A stretch of 64,000 nucleotides of DNA from Lytechinus pictus. Lineage: Eukaryota. The DNA lies in NCBI RefSeq assembly GCF_037042905.1, contig NC_087251.1, positions 24,058,001 through 24,122,000 of the forward strand, in the 5' to 3' direction. Numbering within the stretch: position 1 is the stretch's first letter; every line of letters starts with the position of its first letter. The translations under genes and the position numbers were made by a program. This document shows positions 14,501 through 26,590 of this stretch, piece by piece. A model generated the notes under the pieces. That model saw only the letters and a program-made list of their open reading frames with translations, made no database searches and had not been told where the DNA came from.

Positions 14501-17028
14501 ATGTGATATGATCTCGGGATTGAAGAGTCATGTGACTGAGTGACAGGAGATTGAGTGCATTTTGCCACTTTCTCTCTATGTCTTTGGTTTCTGAGGTGTA
14601 GGGGTCTGTATCCAGGTACCGCACACCTGAGGTCTTGGAACAAGTAATAGAAGAAGTGCTGACAAAGTGATTCAATGTGACAAATAGCTATAGTATTTCT
14701 AGCCCAGATGACTCTATTTGATATGGTGCTTGAAAGCTCAGAGATAAATTTAGCGATCAAAAAAACCTTTAATACATTTTAGACAGACTACTATCATAGA
14801 GTTGTGATAATTAAAACAATTGATATTATACAATCAATTGGTTTATTTACCCCTATGTTTAAAATGGAAACATACTTTTTTTACCATGAAAATTATGGAC
14901 ATGGAGTTGTACATCATGACAAAAAACATTTGTGCAATTCTTTTCTATCAATTTTAGAATTAAATTGTGCTTTAAATAGAAGGCACAGTGATAAATTGTT
15001 TGTAAAAGATCATATAAACAATTGTTAATGAGATTGGTGACTTTTCTTGGGTCTGGAATTATGACTGTATTATTTGAAGGGAATGTTTTGTTACTATTTT
15101 TAGCTAGTTCTGTTTGCTGTAAATGTTTTTTTTTTTTAAATAGTGATGCATTCTCATCCCATTTATAAAGAGATCAACCATAACTCCATTATAACAAGTC
15201 ACCTGTTCAGGTAATGTATCATGAAAAGCCACCCCTGCCAAAGTAATATACATATAAATTGGTCTTTACCGATGGGGAGTGATCTCTCTATTATTAGGAG
15301 TTGGCCCAATTATCAGTTGTTAGACCTTTTTATATTCAAATCCATAATTTCAAAGTTGAATTGTCAATTACAGTAGTGACGCAAATCATTGTTACATTTG
15401 AATTTCCTCTGTTGTCTCACAATATTCCAAAGATTGGGATCAAATATGGATAGATGAAAATGTTAAGAGATTTAAAAACGGATCAAAATGTCTCTGGTGT
15501 TCCATCAAGTCTAACAGAAGTTACATTCAGATCTTAATATCTCCTCATGGGGGATGAATTTGTATTGTATGTAAGTGTATGGATTATAGATAGAAATTCA
15601 CATGTTCCCATATTCCTATAATTATCTACCTTAGAAGAAGGTCCTATGTATATCTACCTTCATCACATCTCACAAGCTCTTGCTGTAATCTCTTCAGTAT
15701 CTTTACCTGTATTAATAATTGATAACCATATTTCATTTTGAAAGGGACACTCCCAAGTCATGGAATAAATGCACTCCAAATCTCTGGGAATGTAAACAGG
15801 TCTTTGTTGCACAAGGCTTTTCCCTTTTTTTACCTGCCTTGCTTTTCATTTGCAATTTGGGGGTAAAGTATTATTCTTCCATAATGGTGTATCGTGGAGA
15901 AAATTCCCTGCTGTATATGAACAGTAGTTTCTTAACACTTAAGTAAAGAAAATTAACACTTGAATGAATAAACAGATCTAGAGCTTTGGGTTTACCCTTC
16001 TGACTAAACTACATGCTTTACTGAAAAATTCAGTAAAACTTACAATGTACATTGACTATATGAAAAGTGTATAAAAATGCCTCCTTTTTAGAGTGAAAGC
16101 GGCCAGTTAACACCTCTTGTACCTCAGAAGATTGGTGTGTTTGAATGTCCTGGCCAGCATTCTCACCATTCATCATAGTAGAAAATAAACAGTATCGCAG
16201 CCATTGACTGGAGGCAGTATTCAGAGCATTTGTTTACATAGAGCATGCAGGGATGAGATGAATATTTGATGCATGGGTTTAAGGCAAGATAGCTCTCTAA
16301 TGACCCAGATTTATTTCAAGTGCTACATGCACATTTATTTTCAGAACCTCAATGAAAATACCTCTTTATTTCTTTTTTGAGGAGGGTGGAAATTGTTGTT
16401 TTAACTGAGGCAATTCATCAGATTTATTGAAAAATATGACAATGAGATTACAATATTGAATAAAGTAGTGATGATACACATTAGAATGTTTAATTTTTTG
16501 AATAGATGTAAAATATAAATGATCTTCCCCTTTGTAAAATGACACTATGAATTCAGAAAATCAATATACATTTCAGTTTCAGATTATAAACCTCTGAAAC
16601 TTATCATACATGTACAATATTTTGTGAAGAGGTATGTCAAAATATCTGATACAATTAATGTTTTGAAAATAAGTCATTATAAAGCCAATTTTGAATTCTA
16701 TGTATTTCTGCCTATAGGTAGATTCAGAGGTTTTATAATGATAATATTTTATCATGTCTAGAATATTCTCTTCTAATTCAAATCATTGATTGTATTTTGG
16801 CATTTTTAACTCACCTTGCCCAAATGAGCAGATGAGTTTATGCCATTGCCCCTACTTCATAATTTCTTTTTTCCGATGTAAATTCTGTTTGTATTATATA
16901 GCATGAGATGGGGGATTTTTAATTCTTGCATAGAATTTTGAAAACTCATTAAATATGCTAATTTATGCACACTGTTTGAAAAAAGATTCAACTGATTTTT
17001 ATTTTATTTTTGTTCAATTTTTTTCCAG

Positions 17029-17205
17029 GTGGTTTACAACTGTGATGACTTTATGTTGGAGCTTCTTGACTTGGCTTTCAATGGTAATGACTTTATTCAG
17101 ATATTTGGTGATATCACCTTCACAACAGAAGATGTTGATGCCATTGACCCTATCACCTTCCTCACCGAGGAATCATTCCTTCTTCTTCCAAAGTGGATGG
17201 CAAAG
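17029..17205 (+). CDS. NRXN: alpha-neurexin exon (LNS2 end / LNS3 start)
   Basis: ttccag|GTG...AAG|gtaagg, 177 nt, phase 0-0; VVYNCDDFMLEL...DPITFLTEESFLLLPKWMAK (neurexin DPITFETPESFISLPKW motif). Confidence 0.95.
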
Positions 17206-17441
17206 GTAAGGCATAGTGAATGCTTTTATTCTGAGATATTTCTTTTCTCTGACCATACTCCTTAGAAGTGTTATGTAAACAATGCATGCATGTGACACAG
17301 CTTTGAATAATGAGCAAGAGTACATCAGCATGTGTTTGGCACGTCAGTGACAGAAAGTCATCATGGAATATAGTAACATTATGCCCTTATAACTCTCAAA
17401 TCTTATTTATAGCTGAGGTTTATCTTCAAAAGTAACGGAAG

Positions 17442-17472
17442 GTGTGTGTGTGTGTGTGTGTGTGTTTGTGTG
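17442..17472. repeat. (TG)n microsatellite
   Basis: Directly visible. Confidence 0.9.
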
Positions 17473-19119
17473 ACTCAATGTGCATTTTTCATTACTTCCT
17501 GTCAATCTAAGAAAAAGCACGTTTGAATGTACAAGTAAAAAGTTGTTAAATAGGTAACTATAATGTTTTTTTGTCTTTTTAATGTCATTGATATTCATTG
17601 AATTTGAGAAGTAATACTTTCCTAATCATTAGTTTAGAGGTCTGTGTGGTAACAGATAGAGCTCTAGGAATAAAGATAATAAAATTTAGCTTTATTTTTT
17701 GCACTTCAATGTTATTTTAAATTTCTAAGTTTGCTGCTTTTCATTTTTATCATATAGGGGGCAAAATTTCTTCAATCATGTTAGAATCATGAGAACTTTG
17801 ACCTTCTACTTGTTCCTCTTGTGGGTGAATTTCTATCCCTCTTTCTTGCCTCCAGGTTCATGCTATTGAACTTTAAACATGTGACTCCTATGTTAGTATT
17901 GGCAGGATTTTCTTGCATGTAATTTGGTTAACATGATCCGGCTATCTGTTATTGTTGCATCAAACAGTGTGCCAGCTTGTAGATGGGGGATTGTTAAACA
18001 GCCATCTGAAATTGCTTGCTCAGTCATAGAGATAAACACACACAGTCTGTAGGACATTGATTGAGTTTTAATTCCCCCCGAAAAAAACATTTTGGGTGGA
18101 ATTGTGAGTTTAATTTTAATTTATTGAATGGGATTCAATCTTAATTCTTTAATCTCAATCTTCAATTTTATGCAAAGAGCATACTTTCATGATACTTGTA
18201 CTTGTTTAATTGCCTCTTTTTGAAAATATTGGGGCTAAATGATTTTATTATTATGTGTAGTAATTTTTTAACACCAATGAGGCTAAACTTGGTTTATTAT
18301 GATTTGATGCTCTCATTCTCCTCCAATTTTTAAATCTAACATGTGTTCAATATTTTCTGTTCATTGATTACATTAAGATTTTGTGGTTTTCACCCAATTT
18401 TTTTTTTCAAGACCACATCCAACACAGAATAAGTAAATGGAAAGATTTATGAAATTATCAAATTAGAAAGCTTATTTTCAAACTTACTAACCTGGATGTT
18501 TATTTGTGGGACTGAATGAAGCCAGTGAGGATGAGATGAGTTATGCCTAGCATTTGGACTCTGGATGAAAGGACTATCTTGTTACCCAGTGTTTATGTGC
18601 AGGCAAGGACCGATCCATTACCATCCTACTGCAGTCATGATAAATCAGGCTTTCAGCAGATTTACAGGTGCTATGAATGGAATTGCCTTTGAAGATGGAA
18701 AGAGATCCAGGGGGTGGGGTGGAAAGGAAAAAACTGAAGAGAAGGGAGATTTAAATTTAAAATTTGAAAACTTGGGTATGAATCAAATTAAAACTGATGA
18801 TTATACAGTAATAAAGTTGATCATGATGCTACACTATGGGAATCAAGGGTAGATACTTGATCATTACATTAGAACATGAAGTAGGGATTCCTAAACATGC
18901 ATGGCAAAATCAGCTGAGCTATAAGTGAAATATAAGCAGCAATAGGAGTAATGTAGGAAAATGTCATGGGATAAGATTGTATGTATCATGGTAAAAGAGA
19001 ACCTCTCACAAAAACTCTTGATAACCAAAAGTCAAGGTCTTGAAGAAGAATAAGTGAGATAGTATCTATCATTCACCTGACTGATAGGCTTTATCAGGCT
19101 TTCAGTAAAGCCGACAGAC

Positions 19120-19305
19120 AGAAGCGTGTCGGGAGGGCATTTCAAGGAGTGCAAATTCGGCGGGTATTACGAGGTCCATTTGCTTGATTTCCGTCAATCG
19201 GCGGCACCATCTCTCGCCTGTGTTGCCATGGTGATGGCATGGACGAAAGGCCTCTAGTTAGGCTACTTTGCTTTATTTGGAGGGCGTGGGCTGCATGCGC
19301 AACAG
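19120..19305. promoter_or_regulatory. candidate intronic promoter/enhancer
   Basis: CpG-rich patch with X-box GTTGCCATGGTGAT (19222-19235), GGGCGTGG (19282-19289) and NRF1-like TGCATGCGCA (19292-19301). Confidence 0.35.
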
Positions 19306-19954
19306 GATGAGTCTCTAAAGAATAACATCTTTGTCGATGACTTATTCAAGAAGAAGCAGCTTGAGTGACAGTTACTTTGTGTTGGCTCATATTATGAGAT
19401 GTGTTTTTGTGTTTATTTTAGCAGTTTCCGTGCAAGATACGTGCTTGGGGAAAGCCAGAAAGAATGGGATGTGCAAAAGTGAAAGTAGACAAACCAATGA
19501 ATGATGTTGATAATATCAGTCAAGTTTCATTAGTGGTTTTATTTATGTATCGCCATCTGTTTTACACTAATGTTAGATAATTTGTAGTCATATATCCTTC
19601 CATTTTTATGATTTAAAAAATTACTTGTTTAATTAGATTAGAATTTTTAAAACCATATTTAAAACTATTAATCTGGTTAGTTAGCTTATGAATACTTTGA
19701 TTTAAGTACAACACATATTGTGCTTTAGCAATTATGTGGAAGCTATGAAAAGGGTAAAAAAATTTCGAGTAAACAAAATGTGGAAAGTAGGAATTCATTT
19801 GGTATTAGTAAATGATGATCTCATTGTTAATGTTTTATCTGTCTCTTTTTTTCTGTTCAATCTATATCTTTCTATCAATCTTTGTTGAACATGTTTGTTT
19901 GCATGACTTGCATGCTTTTCTAAAAAACGTTTTATATTAGACAATCATAGTGAT

Positions 19955-20152
19955 TATGGCCGTACGCAGACATTTTTTGCTGGCGGGCAGGACGCATAAA
20001 CTTTTTAGAAAAAAACTTGAAAGCGAGGGAGCAAAGCGACCGAGCTTGTCATTGTGGCACATTTTGTTAAGTGAAATTGTAAAAAAAAAATTCAGTAAAA
20101 AAAAATGGTAAGTCTTCAAAACTGCTCCCCCCCCCCCCTGCGTACAGCCATG
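19955..20152. mobile_element. hAT-like MITE
   Basis: TIRs TATGGCCGTACGCAG / CTGCGTACAGCCATG; 8-bp TSD ATAGTGAT. Confidence 0.85.
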
Positions 20153-20742
20153 ATAGTGATTTATGAGATTTTCACTCGTATCTGCTTTAAGAGGAGTTTT
20201 CTCATATTTTTAATTCAAAGTATTCATAACAACTTATTAATGTTGGTTTGTTTTTTACTGGGAAGAGCCTATTGGATCATTTGAAAGGTGATTGATTTCT
20301 GGAAAAATGAAAATGTGGTTTATTTCATGCCTGGAACTTGTTTATGATGTGGTGATGTTCAGTCATTTTAACTCATCAACAATGATAGAATTTGAATGTA
20401 AATAAAGAAAATGAAACATAGCATGCTTATAGATGAATTTAATATGGTGGGCCTATATACTGATGATTAATTCAGTCAACTTGAGAAATGGTAGTATTGT
20501 TATACAGAATTGATGAATGTGCAGTTGTGCATTCAATCAACATTACAATACAATATATGATGTATAGCTCTCCCCGTGTTGTAATGGGTAATTCTAGTCC
20601 ATCGCTCATTTTCAGAAGGCTTTTTCATTAAATAATTTGTATGGTAAAAGCTTTATGAGATACCCTCTTTATGATAAGGGACCACAAGTGTCATGTCATC
20701 CATAAATAACAAGATGGCTGTACTTGTTTGATTGTGTTACAG

Positions 20743-20778
20743 TTTAGAAAACGCAGAAAGTGTAGAAAATGCAGAAGG
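20743..20778 (+). CDS. NRXN: candidate 36-nt cassette exon (FRKRRKCRKCRR) near start of LNS3
   Basis: gttacag|TTTAGAAAACGCAGAAAGTGTAGAAAATGCAGAAGG|gtaagt; phase 0-0, in frame. Confidence 0.5.
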
Positions 20779-22192
20779 GTAAGTTTTTAAGCATGAAAAA
20801 TATTCAGGATCCTTTACAAGAATTATTGCACCAATTGATGCAATGCTTCTTCCTTGTGAAGAAGGCATGCACTTTCTTCCTTAAAACTTTTCACTTTCTG
20901 CTTGAAAAATAGTGTCCTTCGGAATAAAGAGGTGGGCCGTTTCTTTTCTGACTATAGTAGAAATATTTCCATCAAGAATACAGGAAGTCGTAATATTAAA
21001 TAAGTTATTTATTACAAAGCATTGTCAGGATCACATAAAACTTTAGAGCACTTAATTTTTTTTCCAGAAAAACAACAATCGCCATTGACACTAGAATCCA
21101 CACACAAATCTATATAGAATTGGCTAGTGAATTAGTCATGCTTATATTTTAATGAAATTCTCAGAATCGTGTTTCAGTTCTTCTTTAATATTACCAATCA
21201 CTTAGAAGTTTTCTTTTTTATAGTGGTAGTATAATGATATTTTTGAATGCCTTCCCTGGATAACACTCTTTAATCTTGAGCTAATGATTGGATGGTCTTC
21301 TTCGCACCTCGTCTGCTCCCAGCAGAAATTTGCCCATCCATCTTTCATCGAATTGTAATTGCAAACACCAACTGCCACTCTTTTCTCTTGGCATCAAGAT
21401 CACAAAATATATAGTTTGTCTGCTAGTAATGTCAGTAGGTTTACCAAAGTATAGACGAAATGTTGTTATGTCTCTGCTTTTATTGATTATAATAGAACAA
21501 TATGCTTAAATTTTATATTCATTAAAGAAGTTATAATGCTAATGATATGAGATTTTCCCCATCGGCAACACTTTTTTTTCTTTGGACTGAGGTTGAAAAT
21601 TTTTCATTTCATGAGGAATAAAGGTATGACTAGCAACTACAAAGGGGAGGGGGTAGGCATGAAGTGCCTCATTCTGATAATCATTTGCAGAATTCACAGT
21701 TACAACATTCAACTTTTCTATGAAATAAGTTCAGAACTTTTATTCAGTGATATTAAAATAATGGATATGAAGTCTAAAGAATGAAAAGAATACTTGAGAT
21801 ATTCCATATTGGTTTAATGTGAAAGTGTACCAAACACTGCAAATGATAATATGTATCTGCTAAATATTATACATTTAACACCAAAGAACATCATCTGTAC
21901 TTGTATAAATGTCAATTATTTAGAACATAAAGGAAATAAGATGTATTATGGTTTTCATCTGGAATTGAACTCTGTGTTGGTTCTGTTTGAGCCCTAATAA
22001 ATTGTATATAATACAATCATACATCATATACAAAAATGTTGACTTTCAAATATTATTATATCTTGCATCAATTCTATAATGCTTAAACATTTATTTTTAT
22101 ATCATTTATCTTGTGTTATCATTTTGAGTATTTTGTTTCCAACTTGATTGAAAGTAAAAAAACACTTGTGGTTTTGATTTTTATTTTATCAG

Positions 22193-22231
22193 CTGAATAG
22201 TGCAAGTGATATCGCCCCCGGTCAGGGACAG
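22193..22231 (+). CDS. NRXN: candidate 39-nt cassette exon (LNSASDIAPGQGQ) near start of LNS3
   Basis: ttttatcag|CTG...CAG|gtaaac; phase 0-0, in frame, GC-rich island. Confidence 0.5.
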
Positions 22232-23106
22232 GTAAACCAAGATGAATTGATCATTTTTGTTATTTTGCCTGGATTTTTAACAATTAACTCATTAAATCAT
22301 GGAAAAAAACATTGGATTCTACATAACCCATCGAAAGAATGAATCATTTACTAAGTGACCATAGGGTGCTGAAAATATAACTTTTGTTCAATTAATATTG
22401 ATATATAATTAACACATTGATGATGTTAATGATTAAATCTCACTCTCAAAAGCATGCAGCAACTGAAATTGTCTTTTCCTTGAATTTCTCACATTTTGAA
22501 TATTTTAAAAAAAATCTCATGTAGAGATTCTTGATTTGTGTTAAGATTATGCACCATTTTTTCTGCATGGAGGAAAATTTCCTTTTTTATTTTTTCACCA
22601 TTCACTGAGATTCCTATGATGTCCTTATAGATGATAAGTTTAATAAGGATATTTGCTGTTTTAGGTGTAGATATTGATTAATTACTTTTTAATTATTCAT
22701 AAGCATGTATAATTGATATTTTCAGATAGCATGTCAAGAAGGTATTCTTTTATGATAGTGTTTTTGTGATGATTTCTTCAGATTTCTTTTGTATATAAAT
22801 TTACCTAATTATTGATTTTTTTATCATTATGATTCAAATTTCTCTTTTATCTTCAAGAATATTAATTTAACTTTTGTTGTGTGTTGACATCTTTTTCAAT
22901 CACTGAATGAATCATTGATAGACATTTTTGTCTCAAATCATTTTATCTTATTTACTTCTTGTTTATTTCTAATATTGCCAGTACTCTTGAGTTAAGTTTG
23001 ATTTGCATGAAGCAAACCTCCAAATATGTGAAGGCAAATCGAGTACAGCCCATTTACACAGTTGCAAGGCAACTTTCAGAGAATGGCAGGTTCTGATATC
23101 ATGTTA

Positions 23107-23387
23107 AGGCTTGGTCCCACTGCACTTACGGATGCAGAGAGGATGTAAAACGGAAAAGAATCTTGCCATCCATTGGAATACGTTACGTATCTGTTGTGTA
23201 CTCTTTACAAATGTGTTTCATACGCTCTATATCCATCAAGCATCCGTCCACTGTTATTTCATTGAACACCCATTTTTGTCCATTGTCTGGAGCGGATGAA
23301 AAAGGATGGAGCCACGCCAAAATTTCGCTTGTCCGCTGTATCCGTTATGAATACGTTTTGTGTCCGTCGGCCAGTGAGACCAGGCAT
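23107..23387. mobile_element. Harbinger-like MITE
   Basis: TIRs AGGCTTGGTCCCACTG / CAGTGAGACCAGGCAT; TTA flanks. Confidence 0.7.
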
Positions 23388-26380
23388 TTATGTTCTTGGA
23401 AACAGGTTCATATTACCTAATCTTGACAACAGTCAGGATCCCTGCCCCCATAAAAATCTAACAATATAAACCATGTGGATTTCTGATTTAAAAAATCATA
23501 CCGAGATTACATATTACAGAATTTAAGGATTTGGTTCCAGCTGCTCTGTCTTACCTGAGAAGAAATTTTGCAAGGTGAATTTTGTATAGTCTGTGCAATT
23601 GGGGTATAGATTTGGGTTGAGGTATTTGCATTTATTGATTGTAATCTCTTGACTCTGCATCCCAGATTGAAATAACTAAGTTACACATTGGTTGTGTATA
23701 TAGAGGATGTTCAAAAGGAAAAAGATAGAGTCAAAGTGATTACATTCCATTTTTGTGCATTTTTTTACTTTTTATATCTTATCTTGGAGTAGCATAATGA
23801 AAAACATTCACAGCCCAAATTTGGTAGTCAGTGGGGCCTGAGATATGATCATACAAATACCTTATTAGCCCCATTGAAAGTCAATGTATTATTGACCTGG
23901 TTCTAGACAATGTCTCCTCCAAAATAGGAAATGAAAAAAAAACAATGGAATGTGGAAAATCATGATGTCATATTTCAGTACTCAATTCTATCTGGTTGCA
24001 ACTGCTCCATTACCCCCACCCCCTAATCCGTTATTCATCATGATACCATATCAGATGTTTAACCCATGTTGGTGTGAACAATCATGAATGCTATATCCTT
24101 CAACTCCTCTACATTCAGAGCTACCAACCCTCTAAATAACTCAACAAACCAAATCCATGCAAAACAGTAATAGCAGTTCACTGCACTATCGCAATCAGCG
24201 GCCAGATCCGTCTACATGCCAACAATTGGAGGCATATCGCATGTCCCGAACAAATGCCTTGATTGATGAAATATGACTTGAAACATGACTTCTGGTCAAA
24301 GATTTCTATGTCTATTTCAGGACCACGACACTTTGATCATTGTGAATGTCGTGCCATCTCAAATCCGCAAGGAGTAAGAAAATATCAAGGAGTATATTTC
24401 CCTCTTTGGCTAGTATGATCAGTATAACAGTTGTGTAATCATAATAATACCATTCTGACGTCATGTTTACAGCATTGTAGAGATCTTTAACAGCTATGTC
24501 TTGATGACAATTCGACATGTAGATGATAATGTGACTTTTGTCTACTCTTGTGTTATATTTCACTTGTGATATGGTATTTTTCTATTGTAGTGCCACATCT
24601 CAGATGTGAATATGATATTTTCACCAAAAATGCAATGGACTTGACAGTCATTTTAATATTTTTTCCCCAGTCACCAGGTCATTTAGATGATGTGTGTGTT
24701 CTATCCCACCGCTGCCACCAAATGTTTCATCACCATGTCCTCAAACCATCACTAGAGGTTTTTAGCAGATCAAGGAAAATTTTGAAATAATCACATTTAA
24801 ATGCTATTTTAGAAGGTTGAAAGTGTAGTTGAATTTAACTTTTGATAGTGTGTTTGTAGTGCATTATCTCAGAAATTGAGACAGACTGCCAGTTCAAAAT
24901 TACTTGACCATGTTTTTCATGTGTGTTTCATTAATGTTGACTTTGGACACATCGTTAAAATGGTGACAATGAAACAACAACAACAACAACAAAACCCCTC
25001 TCTGATTTGTCCTCTTCTTTCAATCAGCATATCAAACCCAATCTGTCTGAACTACAGTGTCATCACTTAGAAATCCCAGTACTAAAAAACACCCCATTAG
25101 CAATTCGGAGCACGATGAGCAAGAGAAAACGAGGAGCGGATCTTCGGCCTCTTAAACTAATTTTTGAATAATTGATGCGGCTGATGCATAATTTACAGGT
25201 CACACATGCTTTTGCAGTTCTCCAATATCAGTGAATAATTGAGAGTCTCTGTGTGTTGATATTGTCTGATGTATGGATGAATGCCTTAAATCTAGACTTC
25301 TGATATCCATCTCCCAGCTGAAATGACTGAAATTTATTTACAGTTGAAGAGATATGTATTAAATGACAGAGGTCAGACATTTGTTTGATTAAAATAAATT
25401 AATGAGAATCAACATGCGATAAAGCCTTGCAATATCTCCATTTTGGTTTTGACCTTAGAAAACAGATTTGTAAACGAAGGCACACGAATACCATTGAGTT
25501 TTTCTTAATTGTATTCAAGTGATATAGAAAATTATCTATAAAATCTTATCCAAAACTGCTTCAACTCTTGGGCAGGAATTACTGAGAAGTTCAGCCTTCA
25601 ATTTTGTTTTCTGTATATTCATTTATTTTAGTTTTTGATTATTTGTAATATTTGATATTTCCAGCATTTTGTCATATTAAAATGCAATACTGCTTGTTAC
25701 TGTTTTAGATGGTCTCTTATATCCATTGTGAAATTGAAGTTTTCTAGACAGTAAAAAATTGATGTAATGTAAATTTATATTTTTCCACTTTTTACAATAA
25801 ATTTTGAAAGTTTCACAATTATAAGTCGACACAATGATTTCTTTGTAGGGGATACTGTAATTGCAAATAGATTTTAAAGCAGATTATGCCAACTGAATGA
25901 TGTTTTAGAGATTTGCACTTGAGCTCCCTACATTAGATATGCTCTATGCACTGTAGATTCACTGTGACGATCATTAATCATACAACCATGATCCTATTTA
26001 GCATTCAACTCTGCTCTGATTTATTATTTTTCTTGGTGCTCTCTAGAATCTTGAACACATTAAAGTAGGTTGGACACTGACCCCAGCAACTGTGAACTAT
26101 TTCAGTTGCAATATACTCTGCCTCTGAACTTGATTTTTGCCTTTGTGGACATATGGTATATTGAAAATGTGTATATCAAAGCTTCTCTATAAAATTACAG
26201 CTTAAGATATTTTGGGAAAACAGTTTCTTCTCAGTAATAGTATCTATATATTGCAGACACAATTATTCAGTACATTAATATTGTTTTTTTTTAACCAATT
26301 TACATACAGTGATATCATGAAAAAAAATTATTACCAACACTTCTTCATTCACAGAACAGATATACAGATATATAGAAGTA

Positions 26381-26590
26381 CCAGTGTGTTGGCTCAGTTG
26401 GTAGAGCGTCCGTCTCACAACCGGGAGGTCGGGGGTTCAAACCCCGGCCACATCAGACCAAAAGACGTTAAAAGATTGGAGTTGCTGCTACTCTGTTTGG
26501 CGTTCAACGTTCAATAATCTATTGGGCAAAGCAAATTTTCGGAGTATTTCATTTCATGTCTATTTCGAACAATAAAATATGGATTTTCAT
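26381..26590 (+). mobile_element. tRNA-derived SINE (Meta-domain-like core)
   Basis: A box TGGCTCAGTTGG and B box GGTTCAAACCC, tRNA-like head with CAC anticodon loop, then CCAAAAGACGTTAAAA...GCTGCTACTCTGTTTGGCGTTCAAC; no poly-T terminator after the head. Confidence 0.75.

Noticed and set aside
23560..23574. 12/15-nt microexon (K)KFCK
   Set aside because: Needs a GAG or AAG acceptor with no other support
26381..26452. Functional tRNA-Val(CAC) gene
   Set aside because: Acceptor stem pairs poorly, there is no oligo-T terminator, and it continues into a SINE-like body
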